Of a stretch of 64,000 nt of DNA, positions 51,860 through 64,000 are shown in pieces (within the stretch, counting starts at the first letter, position 1; every line of letters starts with the position of its first letter). The notes beneath the pieces are model-generated. The model was not told the origin of the DNA and made no database searches. It saw only the letters and a program-made list of their open reading frames with translations. The stretch is from positions 22,754,001 to 22,818,000 of the forward strand of contig OX597818.1 of assembly GCA_951406725.2 (NCBI GenBank). The letters run 5' to 3'. The position numbers and the translations under genes are program-made. Origin of the DNA: Octopus vulgaris. Lineage: Eukaryota.

Positions 51860-53575
51860 TTCTAGCATCGGTACAAGGCCTGAAATTTTAGAGAGATGAG
51901 ATTAGTCGATTAAATCCAACTCAGTGCTTGCCTGGTTCTCTATTTTATAGACCATAAAACAGGAAAGTGCAAAGGTGACTTCAGTGTGATTTGAAACAAG
52001 AAACTAATATACACAATGTATTTTTTCACCGCCTTAACGAATCGATTATTCCACCGTTTTAACAACACTAATATTATTTCTAGAAAACGTATAGGACCCG
52101 AAGTCTGGTGGAGGGGAAGAGTGGATTACATCGACTCCAGTACTTGACTGGCACTTTATTCTCTCAACCCCGAAGCATGAAAGCCAAAGTTTAACTTCAG
52201 CGTAATTTGAACTTAGTACGTAAAGAAATCAGAAGAAATATCGCGAGGTGTTTTGCCCGGCGCTCTAATGATTCTGCAAAGTCACTGCCTTAACCCTTTT
52301 ACTCCAGAAATCAGATATAACCACTCAAAATATATTTTCCCTTAACTTCCGAAAGCAGTTTTATATACCAATTTTGTTGAAGAATCTCATGTTTTTGTTG
52401 AGACATGTCAAGTTTATTGAGACACCATGACTTGCAGAAAATACTGATTGTAATTTTTCGTAGATATTTAATATGAGCAAAACGCTGAGTTGTCAAGCTT
52501 TTAACCAAATTTTCTCAAAACAACTTGTCCGACCGTTCCATAGGCCTCGCCTTTGAGAAACACTGATTTAACCTAAATTTGAGACACCAGCAAAGGAAGA
52601 AATAAGGATAGACTTTTTTCTATTCCAAAGAAAAACGATTTTATTCACACAAATATGCAACAAAAGAGTTTAAAGTACTAGTTATGATAAGGCTATTGAC
52701 TGGGAGAACACAAACATGGTTTAAACAGTAAGCTTAGCAGGAAAGAAAACGTGCCTTGAAGCAGTACAAAAACAGCAAAAAATGGAAGGTGCAGTTATGT
52801 TGACGGAAGAAAAGCAGGACTAAAACAACTTTATCGATCGCATTCTCACCTGGAATCGATTTTTGTAATTTTTTCAAAACTTATACACGCCTTGATACCG
52901 TCAGTATCTACATATCAAATTTGAGCGCAATCGGATGGAGGATGCCCGAGATCCGAGAAGACACACACAGACAGACAGAACGGATTTTATATAAGAGATA
53001 ATTATTGGAATAACTATGAAACTTAAATTTCATAGTTAAAGGGTTAGATAGTTACTAGCATAGCACAAGACCGGAAATTTTCGAGGAGAGAGTTAGTCAA
53101 TTAAATCGATTCCACTAGATTCCAGTACTTTGTTCTGTTGACACTGAAAAGCTGATAGGCAAAACTGACTTCTGCGGCTTCGTGATCTTAAAGGTTTAAG
53201 GCTGGAGATTTGAGGTTAGAGTTAGTCGAGTAAGACCGGTGAAGTCTCCATGTGATTTGAAACTAGAACTTACCGAGTCGGAAGAAATAGCACAAGACAG
53301 TTTTTCCGACGCTCCAACGGTTTTTCCAAGTCACAACCCTAACAAAATAGTTTTACGATTGCATCTAACAAAGGTATAGCGTCTTATATTTGGGAGAGGG
53401 GGCAGTCGATCAAATTGACCTTAATACTAAACTGGAACTCTATTTTACCTGCCTCGAAAGGAGAAAAATAGGAATTAACCTTGGCAGGATTTGAACCCTG
53501 AACACAAAAAAAAAAAACCCCTAGAACAAATGTCGTGCAAGATATTTTCACCAACATTCTACTGATTCCACCAAT
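51860..53575 (-). mobile_element. Cluster of about four old, diverged SINE family A copies
   Basis: Recurrent AGTCGATT..TTTGAA remnants at ~51860, 52085, 53060 and 53390. Confidence 0.6.
52850..53000 (+). mobile_element. Possible Helentron/HINE-like non-autonomous element 3' end
   Basis: CAAATTTGAGCGCAATCGGATG..ACAGACAGACAG..TTTTATATA resembles Lep1/DINE-type ends. Confidence 0.35.
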
Positions 53576-54207
53576 CCTCCCGATTGGTAACCCCACCACT
53601 AATAATGGTTTCATTTATTTTCCACAGGAGTGGCAGATGAGGCCGAAGGACAATAAGAACCAACAACAGCAACAGGAACGTAAATAAATACCTAAATAAA
53701 TAACATGAAATCACCAGCCAGCCTGCCAGGCTCCTCTTGGCTAGTATATCCTTCATACATTCCTGCTAGTATCGTTACCCCACCACCGCCGCCGCCGCCG
53801 CCACCGTCACCACCACCACTACCACCACCATAACTTCCACCAACATCACCAAGTTAGCCTTCCTTACAACAATATAATTGCAATATATATCACGTGATTA
53901 TAACATTTTGAGGCGGCAAATTTACGGTTATGTTCATCCATGATAGTTTTATAACTATTTGTTACTCTGCATCTGGTAGACGGCAGTTTGATTGTAGTTA
54001 ACTCAACATTAGTTTATATTTTCTTATTGCATTATGTAGGCTGCCTATGTAATGTAATGACCTTACATCCACATGTGTAATTGATGTGTGCTTCTATGAT
54101 GCGGATGTGGCATAATACATATTCTTCTTCATACATAAATACAAGCGTATATCTTTGTATGTGTGTGTGTGTGTGTGAGTGTATGTGTGTGCGGTGCTCG
54201 TTTATAC

Positions 54208-54242
<35 letters not shown>

Positions 54243-54329
54243 CAGACAGATAGATAGATAGATATATAGATATATAGATATGTATACATGTGTGTGTGTA
54301 TATGTGAATAAAAATGTGTATACACGTTA

Positions 54330-54394
<65 letters not shown>

Positions 54395-55163
54395 GAGAGA
54401 AAGAGGGAGAGAGAGAGTGGGAGGAAGGGAGAGTAAAGAGTGGCTATGAGAGGAATTCCAGATGAGCAGATGTGAAGCTGATAATGCAAATAAGCAAATA
54501 CAACCGCTTGGGCTAGATATACAGAATATACATGTAAATAAAGAGAAAACGAAAACTGAAATATTCAGACGATGAATATTCATATATAGATATATAAACA
54601 TTTATATATTAACAGAACGAGCTTACACAGAGTACATAGACACGAGAAATTAAACGGAGAAGGCATGATGTTACAGGTCCGACAACTGTTTCTGGGGGCT
54701 CGGAATTAGTTCATAACGCTGGCAGATGTAGTTCGCATAAAGTTAAGGATATGCATACAGCAGTGGAAGCATATAAACCACATGTTTATCTGTCACCTCC
54801 AGCACCGAGACCACTTTTCTTAATACGTTCCAAGTAATATGATCAGTTTAATATTTGTAAAGGATGAAAATCTGCCAAATACATTTATTTCCTGCTACTA
54901 TATGATCAGAAAACTGGTTAATTCTCGCAGAGCTTTGAAGTTTTACTTGCCAAACATAATTTATTCTGATGTCTAGTCTGTTCATAATGTCACTGCGCAA
55001 GTACTTTTATACTTTTATATGCATCTGCATGTATCCATATGTATACTTTTATATGTGCGCTGGACAATGTAGTGTCGCTGATATAACCAACAATAAATTA
55101 CAAAACAGCTGTCAATAAATGTAATAAACATCTATTCTCTCACTTCACTTATCTGGTTAATTA

Positions 55164-55194
<31 letters not shown>

Positions 55195-55419
55195 TGTATG
55201 TATGTATGTATGTATGTATGTATGTATGTATGTATATGTATTTATGTATATGTATGTATATGTATGTATATGTATGTATATATATATAAATATATGTATA
55301 TATATATATATACATATATATATATGTATGTGTATATATATATGTATATATATATACATGTATATATATATACATATCTATATATCTATACATATATATG
55401 TATATGTATATATGTATAT

Positions 55420-55498
<79 letters not shown>

Positions 55499-56289
55499 CA
55501 GCAGAAATATTGGGTAAATTGCCCTTACAAAGCGGAAAAATTTATCAACCAAAAGCCATGGGTCTCGAACCCATGTCTTTTAAAAACTCCGGCCAAGTGC
55601 TTTATCATTAAGCTAAACTGCCCGCTGACATATCAATCTGTTTTTTAGACGCTTTTTTAAAAGCTAAATGTGCAACCACGTGCATATAAATATAAACAAG
55701 CTAACGTTTTTCATTTATATATAGGCGCCGAAATGTGTATAGAGATACAATAATTTGTCAACAAACAGCCATGGGACTCGAGCCTATATCTCTTAAGACT
55801 CTGGCTGTTTGACATATTTTTTCGCTTTGTAAGGGTAATTCACCTAATGTGTCAGCTGTTTTAACGGCATCTCGGTATTCGAAAATAAATCATCTTATTT
55901 GTATCTCTATACACATTTCGGCGCTTATAAAAAAAAACAGAAGAAAAACAGTTGTAAATAAAATAAAACATATGCATATATATAAACATATATGTACTAC
56001 CTACCTCTACATGTACATATACACGCATATATGAGTACAGGACACCAAAAGGACGTCGAACACAAAGAGAAACGAAAACATAGACACAAACCAAAGGAAC
56101 TGGACATTTATTTAAAAACAGCAAAAAAAAAAAAAAAAAAATAGAGTACAGGACAATTCTTGTCCTGTTTTCCATTTCTTTCTCTCATTGTTTGCGTATT
56201 GAACACATTTGCTTTCGTAATACATGTTGTATACAGATGGTGACGTCCTGTACCCATATATGCATCTGTGTGTGTATGTATTATATATA

Positions 56290-56325
<36 letters not shown>

Positions 56326-56350
56326 TGTATGTATGTATGTATAAGTATAA

Positions 56351-56650
56351 AAGCATTATCGATCGCACATACACAGTGTATACATTTTTGTTTATACGTC
56401 GAATTCGCCGTGGGAAAGCGTCTGGGGAAGCTCCCTATACACCACTGAATGCTAAAGAACACTTGAATATAACAGACCAGGCGAGACAACTACCCTTGGA
56501 ATGAATGCGAGAATTGTATATGCCAATATTTCGTCATTATTGTGGCTTATCAATACCAGGCAGTCGACAGAGTAGAGAGTTTTCCCAGACGCAGCAAATT
56601 CGGTGTATAAACAAAACATATATTTTATGTACGTGCGATCGATATTGTTT
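56351..56650. repeat. Imperfect long inverted repeat (foldback or MITE)
   Basis: tatcgatcgcac..ttttgtttatac..gaatt..gcgtctggg is mirrored at 56570-56650. Confidence 0.75.
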
Positions 56651-57094
56651 ACATTACAAGAGCTGCTTTAAATACTAATTTAATACGTATATATATTAAG
56701 TAAGACGAAACTAGAGACTTCTTAGGATGATCCTCATTCCAAGTTCTCAACACTCTTGTGGTTTAACGGTGGGATTTAATTTTACAATGAGACTAAATAT
56801 ACGTTTATTAAACATTCATATTCCAGCAGACACATTTAGTCATAACCCACGCTATATTAATAAAGTATGCGTATGTATGTATGTATGTATGTATGTATGT
56901 ATGTATGTATGTATGTATGTATGTATGTATGTATGTATGTATGTATGTATGTATGTATGTATGTGTGTATGTGTGTGTCTATGTGTGTATGTATGTATGT
57001 ATGTATGTATGTATGTATGTATGTATGTATGTATGTATGTAGGGATAAACTTCCTTGGAAATGGATGCGTGGCGTTCAATCAAATAATAATATA

Positions 57095-57140
<46 letters not shown>

Positions 57141-57145
<5 letters not shown>

Positions 57146-57330
57146 TATATGGGTACAAAGCTCGAAATGGGGAGTAGATAGACAGTCGACAACTGATGAA
57201 GGGTCGTTCTTTATGTTTCTTGTCCTGTTTTCCATTTCTTTCTCTCATTGTTTGAGTATTGAACACATTTGTTTTCGTAATACATGTTGTATACTGATGG
57301 TGAAGCCCTGTACCCATATATGCATCTGTG
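57141..57330 (+). mobile_element. PLE pseudo-LTR-like repeat with inverted 17-bp end and partial permuted HHR
   Basis: atgcatatatgggtaca (57141) is inverted at 57309-57325. GAAA at 57164 precedes CTGATGA at 57193. Body matches 56157-56270. Confidence 0.6.
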
Positions 57331-58613
57331 TGTGTGTGTGTGTATTATTTATATTATGTATGTATGCATGTGTATATGTATGCTCTTATAAAGACAAGTG
57401 CATGTACACGTACGTACGCACAATAAATAATTCTTTATCTCTCCTTCGAAAACACACACGCAATAATTGATACAGACACTACCACATACACACAAACACT
57501 ACCACATACACATACTACTAAGCACACATTGGAAGATATACCACAACGCAAGGGCGCATATCACAACATATGCATCGCCATCACAACATATGAAACAATA
57601 CATGCATACACGACACACTACACACCACCCCCGACCACGACCACCGCCACGATCACCATCGTCCCCACCACTACAAGAATATACAAAGTAACATACTTAC
57701 ACACACACGCACACATACGATTGCAACACACACATACACACACTCACACACACACACACACACACCACCACCACCACCACCACCACAACAACAACAACAA
57801 CAACAACAACAATAATTTTCACCACGTCAACACCGTTTTAATATTATCTGCTTTTCGCCAGTATTTTCCATCCTCTCCCTTTCTCTCTGTCATTCTCTTT
57901 CTCTCTTCATCTCCTCTCTATTACCCACCGCTATCCTCAGCCATCAAACTCCTCCCTAATCAAATAGCCCAACCCTACCGAAATTTTCGACTAGGTTCAA
58001 TTATGTGTGACCCTAACAAGGCGTTTCGGACAGAGATATTTGGTATTTATTACTCCCCTGAGTCATAGGCTATAAACCATAGCTTCTTTAAGTTTTCCCG
58101 CCATTGCAGAAGACATTTTATTATTAACGGCAGCCATGTTTGATATATTTTCATCGCATTTGTGTTTAGATACAGCGGCTTTGGCTTTGTATGCATGTAT
58201 TATGTATATATTTATGTGTAATTATGCGTCTATGTGCGTTTGTGTGTAACTATTTGTTGCTATATTTGTGGCTTTAGGTTTGTAAGTATACTGTACGTAC
58301 GTTTGTATGTAAATCTTTACATATGTGGCTTCGGCTTTGTATGCACGTTTCTATGTATATATATATACATGAGTATATATCTCTAGCTGTCAATTAAAGT
58401 CTCTCTTGCACCATCATTCTCTCCTCCCTTCTTTCTCTCTCCCTCTTCCCTCCCTCACTAGCTTTCTTTTCACTTCTCTTTTAACTGACTCAGTTTATAT
58501 GAATGTGCTTGTGTGACTGTGAATGAATGCATATGTGCATTGGAGTTTGTGTGAGTTGAAATTCTTTCTATGTATGCATGCATGTATCGAGACACACACA
58601 TCTAGGCGCACAC

Positions 58614-58675
<62 letters not shown>

Positions 58676-58842
58676 ACACAGAGACAAGGGACAAAGGAGG
58701 TCATGCGTGGAGTTTACATAAATATTGTTTCGTTCTTATGGATAAATATTCTTCAGATACACTAGTGTACATATGTGTTATGTGTGCGCGCGTGGGTATA
58801 CACACACACATATATGTATATATATATGTGTGTGTGTATGTA

Positions 58843-58915
<73 letters not shown>

Positions 58916-59039
58916 ATGTATATATATATATATATTGTATAGCGAGAAATATAGCAGTTCCGTGGATGGCGCTACTTAAACAGTAACTTAGAAAAGAAGC
59001 GCTCATCATATTTGTTGAAAGTTACGCTTGGATACACAT

Positions 59040-59440
59040 CGGGCAAACTATAAAATACCAACATTGACAAGTACAGTATCCTTCCCTGACGTATGACAGA
59101 TACATTACATCATATCTGACAAATAAAGGACCTGCCTTCACTCGTCGGGAACAGGAGTTGATAGCGAAAATATTCGTTAAATAAAAGAAACCCCCTGGTT
59201 GTGTTACAAAATGCTGTGTCATATCGGTATGGAAGATATTCCTCTCATCATCATCATCATCAACTGTCCGAGATAATGTTCACATGGTATTACTTCCTTT
59301 GCATGAACGATGATGTTATTGCCGAATATGTTTACAATGCTGTTCGTAAGAAGGATCGTACTGATAATTCTGAATGATCGTACCAACGAAACACCAGAAG
59401 CAATAATGTATCCTTACTTCTCAGAATAAGGAATAGTCTT
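59040..59440 (+). mobile_element. Very decayed RLE-type LINE fragment
   Basis: DRYITS..AF..REQEL, EDI..II..CP and DVIAEYVYNA resemble the element at 45331-46408. Confidence 0.5.
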
Positions 59441-59850
59441 TTAATCTCTTATATTTTAATTATTTTTCAGTCTTTGACTGTAGCCATGCCGGAGCATTGC
59501 CTTGAATTGTTAGTCGAAAGAATCAACTCCAGTGCATTTTTTTTTTCAAAGCCTGGTACTTATTCTATCAGTCTCTTGCCGAACCGCTAGATTACAGGGG
59601 ACGTAAACAAACCAACACCAGTTGTGAAGCAGTGGTGGAGACACACGCACATATGTAAAAGGAACAGGTTTCAAAGAAAAAAGACTGTACGTTGTATAAA
59701 TGGGGGAAAGGTAAAAAAAAACAAAGAAAATGCACACAAGGTATGAAATAATGACCTTTTTTAAAAATAAAAACAAAGATATATACAGACAAATAAATGA
59801 TTTGAGGTGGAATTGAGAAATATAAAAATCATTATCATGAGTCAATCTAG

Positions 59851-59889
59851 AAAGTCACACCGGTTTCGTCATCGCTGTTCACTGACGTT
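59851..59889 (-). ncRNA. Minimal type I hammerhead, G3-C8 / G17 core variant
   Basis: Minus strand aacgtca-GTGAACA-gcgatgac-GAAA-ccgg-TG-tgacttt, about 170 nt downstream of the PLE stop codon. Confidence 0.6.
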
Positions 59890-60055
59890 GAATCAACACC
59901 GATTTCCAAACGGTGTTGGATCTAATAGTACCTGAGTGAAAAGATTGTATACAAGGGAGGTAAGCAGTTCTGAAAATGATACAACTAGGTTAATATGATT
60001 AATAGAATATGATTGATATATATGAGGATTAGTGGGATTATTGGTATTAGTAAGG

Positions 60056-60545
60056 TTAGTAGTGTCCTGTATTAAGTTGTGGTTGATATTTATTAATAAA
60101 AGTTGCAGCTTTATTTAGTCCTTGCTGCACTGAGGTGTTCTGGGAACATTGATAAAAAGGGAAAATTAGAAAGTTTGGTTTAAGCTTCCTAGCACATCTA
60201 CGTGCTCACTGACCTGTATCTGTCTATATTGTGGGAAGCGGATTTGTTCTTTGTGAAGCGTTGTTCGTCTGAGGGACATTCGTGTTTCTTCGATATAGTG
60301 GTTTTCGCAACCTAAGCAGGTAATAACATAGATTAGGTTTTCAGAGGCACAAGTGAAATTTACTTTGTCTTAGATATTTCACCTTGTTTGAAGTAGAATT
60401 CTTACCTTCCAAAAGGTGGGGGCATGTGCCACAGTTAGGCCGCCCGCATTTTCCAGTTTTGTTTCTGTTATTAAGAGATAGTTTTGATATTGACGAATAC
60501 CTTTTGACAATCCAAATTCTTAAAACTAATTTGTCTTTCTGTATG
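60056..60545 (-). pseudogene. Neptune-like PLE GIY-YIG endonuclease remnant (absent from the ORF track)
   Basis: KCGRPNCGTCPH, FTCASENLIYVITCLGCENHYIEET..LRR..LH, VSEH and FINKYQPQLN; frameshifted. Confidence 0.82.
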
Positions 60546-61083
60546 AAATGATTGTATGGCTACATGAATAAAAATAATTTCAATCCTTATTAACATCTAA
60601 TCTCTTCCATTTATGAAAAATATGATTGAATTTATTGAATTTTGTTATATATATATATATATATATATATAGGATGGGCTTCTTTAAGTTTCCGTCTACC
60701 ATATGTGCCATGCAGTAGGACTGAACCTGGAACCATGTGATTTGAAAGCAAGCTTCTTACCATACAACCACACCTGCGCTTAACGGTGAAACATGGAACA
60801 TTGCGATAAAAACAATAATGTAGTGTAAATATATTTGGTGTGATAATGTTTCCAGAACGGAGAATAAATAAAATTCACTGCTGTAGAAATCAGTTGTTCA
60901 GCAGTTGGGAATATCTCGTCTAAATTTGCGGCAAAAGAGAACACCCATTGTGAATTCATGCGGTCCTTATAGTTCTTGTATCTTCGTTATAGATTCCTAC
61001 ATGCGCAGTCATAGGTGCACTTGTCTGTGTGCCACTAGATTTGCATAAGGGCCAGTAAATTTGGGTGGAGGAAGTAAACTGAT

Positions 61084-61240
61084 ACGTCCTCCGTAACTTA
61101 GCGGTTCGGCAAAAGAGACCGATAGAATAAGTACTAGGATTCCAAAGAATAAGCCCTGGGGTCGATTTGCTCGACTAAAGGCGGTGCTCCAGCATGGCCG
61201 CAGTCAAATGACTGAAACAAGTAAAAGAGGAATAAAAGAG
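61084..61240 (+). mobile_element. SINE family B, 3' part
   Basis: Matches 16106-16258. Confidence 0.85.
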
Positions 61241-61459
61241 AAAAATATGTGTGTTTGACTGCCTGTGTGTGTATGTACGCGTGTGCATGACTATGCAAAC
61301 AAAGGTGTGTATATGTGTGCGCATTATATGCAAGTTGTAATGTATGTGTATGCAAGTGTGTGAGTCTCTGTGTGTAAACGAATTCTCGGTCACATATTTT
61401 AGTCTTTTGTTTTAGTGTCTTAAACTTTTTCAGTTCCACACATGCAACCTCACCTTACC

Positions 61460-61491
<32 letters not shown>

Positions 61492-62421
61492 CAGCAATAA
61501 CAACCGCAGCAGCAGCAATGAAAAACATACAAAAGGGCAAATTAGAATATAAAATGGAAAACGAAAGCAACAACAATGTCAGGCAAAACCACAAACAACA
61601 ACAACGACCACGTCAAGAAATCAAATGAGAAAATAACAAAAACAACAACAACAGCGAAAATCAAACCGTTTTATGGGACGGTAGGTAGCGTGCTTTAACA
61701 AAATCAACATTTCTGGGTACATCCTACCCATCCTGCTTGAACTATTAAACCTTGCCTGCAATCATAACCTACAGACTAAACATTTCATTTAACATTATCA
61801 GAACTGGGGAGACTGAAAAAGAGGAAAGAGAATTAGAAGGTAGAGGGGAGGGTAGGAGGAGGAGGAGGAAGAAGAAAATAGACGAGAAAGAAAAGAGGGG
61901 ACGAGGAAGAAGAAAAGAGGGGGAGAAGGCAAAGAACAAGAAAAAAGGAGGGGAAGAACAAGAAGAAGAGGAAGGAGGGGAAGGAGGAGGAGAAGAGAAA
62001 GCGTAAGAAGAAGGAGAATGGGAGAAGGAGGAGAAGAAGGAAGAAGAACCAGAAGAAGAAGCAGAAGAAGAAGAAGAAAAGAGGGGACGAGGAAGAAGAA
62101 GAAGAAAAGAAGAGACGAGGAAGAAGAAAAAGAAGAAGAAGAAAGGAAAGGAAGATGACGAAGAAGAGGAAAAAGAATAACAGAAGTGATAACGATAATG
62201 ACATCGGGCAATAACAAAAACAGCAACAATAACAGTAGAAAAAAAACCCCCAATAAAAACATCGTATAGGAATAATTATTTGAAAAACAAAGAAACAAAA
62301 CAAAAATGTGTACCTCCATCCACTTCCTATTGCCTTTATACACGTTTTAACCCTCGAGTCCTAAAATTTTTAAAATGTGTTAAATTCAGTGAAGTTTTAA
62401 ATAATGGTGATGATGATAATG

Positions 62422-62477
<56 letters not shown>

Positions 62478-62605
62478 CAAAACAACGAAGAATTCTCCTC
62501 TGCGTCTCAGAAAAGTAAAAGGGAAAGAAATACGAATTAAAGTGTTCCCACTTCACATATATACAACCCCAAACTGAACGCCATATCCAAACTAAGCCAA
62601 CTTAC

Positions 62606-63027
62606 AACCTTATATCATTTAGGGGGGAAAAAAACCAGCAACAAAATAACTCAAGAACTAAATACCTAAACATGAATAAAGAAATGAATAAATTTGTCTT
62701 ATTTTTTTTCTTCTTTAAAATCAAAACGAAACAAAAAAAAAACAATTCACCTCGCAGCATTTTCAAACAATAAATAAGTAAATAAATGAATAAAAGAAAT
62801 GTGAAGAGAAGCGAGAAATTGAGAATAGCTTCCGATTGAAAGCGGGAACAGAGCATGAGCGTGAGGTATGTTGAGAATAGGACAGCGTTTGGGAGTCTCA
62901 ACCAGATCTGTTATTAGGAGGAGCACGGTGGTTAGCGGTGTTGCTGGATCTTGTCGATTGTGGTGGCTATGGTGATGGCGGTTAAAGGTCTAGTTTGTTG
63001 TGGGGTCTAACTCTATCGTCCCATAGC
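62606..63027 (-). other. Candidate non-coding (UTR or lncRNA) exon
   Basis: Strong acceptor T-tract-CTCTTTTAAG ending at 63028 and GTAAGT donor at 62605-62600. Unique sequence; all frames close early. Confidence 0.35.
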
Positions 63028-63365
63028 CTTAAAAGAGAAAAAAAAATCGGGTTATTTGTTTGCTTGTTTGTTGATATTAGCTTGTGTGTTGTTAGTTGTT
63101 GCTTTTTGTTCTAGATTTCATTTCTGATTTGTTGATTTTTGGAATTTTTAAAATTTATTTATTTGTTTATTGTAAGATAACGTGATGGGTGATGGGTGAT
63201 GGGGGTAGGAAACATACAGGAATGGAAGGATGGAATGTTGGCCACAGACAAGAAAATCAAGCACAAATAGAGACAGACAGATAGCTATACACGAACAAAA
63301 AGGTGGAGATTTAGTTAGATAAATAGCAAAATAAGATGACTGATGGATACGCAGTCGGATATATA

Positions 63366-63407
<42 letters not shown>

Positions 63408-63481
63408 TCTTTTATGATTATACTTGTTTCAGTCATTTGACTGCTGCCATGCTGGAACACCGCCTTTTAGTGTGTGCGTGC

Positions 63482-63614
63482 AGATCAAAACAGTTTGATT
63501 CAAATTCCGTGGTACTTAAATTTTCAAAACGTGACGCTTATCCAACAGATGAGGATAAGCATCACGCTTTGAAACTTATAGTACCACGGAACTTGAATCA
63601 AAACTCTTTTGATC
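63482..63614. repeat. Imperfect ~60-bp-arm inverted repeat
   Basis: tgattcaaattccgtggtact..gcttatcc is mirrored by ggataagc..agtaccacggaacttgaatca. Confidence 0.8.
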
Positions 63615-63659
63615 CATATAAATTTGTTGAGTGCCTTTCTTTCGTTTGTCCATTCACTC

Positions 63660-63753
<94 letters not shown>

Positions 63754-63804
63754 AGAAAAGAAAAAAGAGGCACCCTGACGAAAATTCCTCGTATCTTTTA
63801 TGTG

Positions 63805-64000
63805 TGTGTGTGTGTGTGCCTGTGTGTATTTACGTCCCTGTAACCTAGCGATTTGGCAAAGAGTGACCAATAGAATAAGTACCCGGCTTTAAAAAAGAAA
63901 TAAGTCCTGGGATCAATTTGTTTGACTAAAACCCATCAAAGCAGTGCCCCAGCATGGACAAAGTCAAATGACTGAAATAAGCAAAAGAATTAAAGAATGT
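63805..64000 (+). mobile_element. SINE family B, 3' half
   Basis: TTTACGTCCCTGTAAC..AGAATAAGTAC..CCAGCATGG..GTCAAATGACTGAAA. Confidence 0.8.

Larger units (their letters stand above)
59455..60778 (-). mobile_element. SINE family B split by a Neptune-like PLE (3' half 59455-59645, 5' half 60672-60778)
   Basis: Both halves are recognisable and in the same orientation. Confidence 0.65.

Noticed and set aside
53600-53700. Plus-strand acceptor TTTTCCACAG at 53627 with a short Q-rich frame
   Set aside because: Weak donor, 52-nt candidate exon, and no supporting neighbouring exons.
54675-54812. Minus-strand GAAACAGTTGTC with possible stems
   Set aside because: The core strand is too degenerate to call.

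Overview
AT-rich, microsatellite-dense animal DNA. The mix of tRNA-derived SINE families, Penelope-like elements (PLEs) and (TA)n/(TACA)n/(CA)n tracts strongly resembles an Octopus (cephalopod) intron or intergenic region; this is inferred, not checked. No intact host gene is supported, and most ORFs in the track are microsatellite artefacts. The window holds dozens of SINE copies from at least four families, two GIY-YIG PLE remnants (Naiad-like and Neptune-like), RLE-type (R4/Dong-like), Tx1/L1 and RTE LINE remnants, and mariner, pogo, hAT and Merlin-like DNA transposon relics or MITEs. It also has a tRNA-Glu pseudogene, a probable solo LTR and a few weak exon candidates. The main signal is a set of hammerhead ribozyme (HHR) motifs in PLE-associated repeats: one canonical type I motif, core variants with co-varied 3-8 pairs (U3-A8, and G3-C8 with G17), and four full plus one partial motif whose three strands run in a non-circularly permuted order (cleavage strand, then GAAA strand, then CUGANGA strand). 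The permuted motifs fall in two repeat families with different but mutually complementary stems. All RNA structures were paired by eye and none is experimentally verified. Repeat boundaries are approximate unless a TSD or TIR is quoted.
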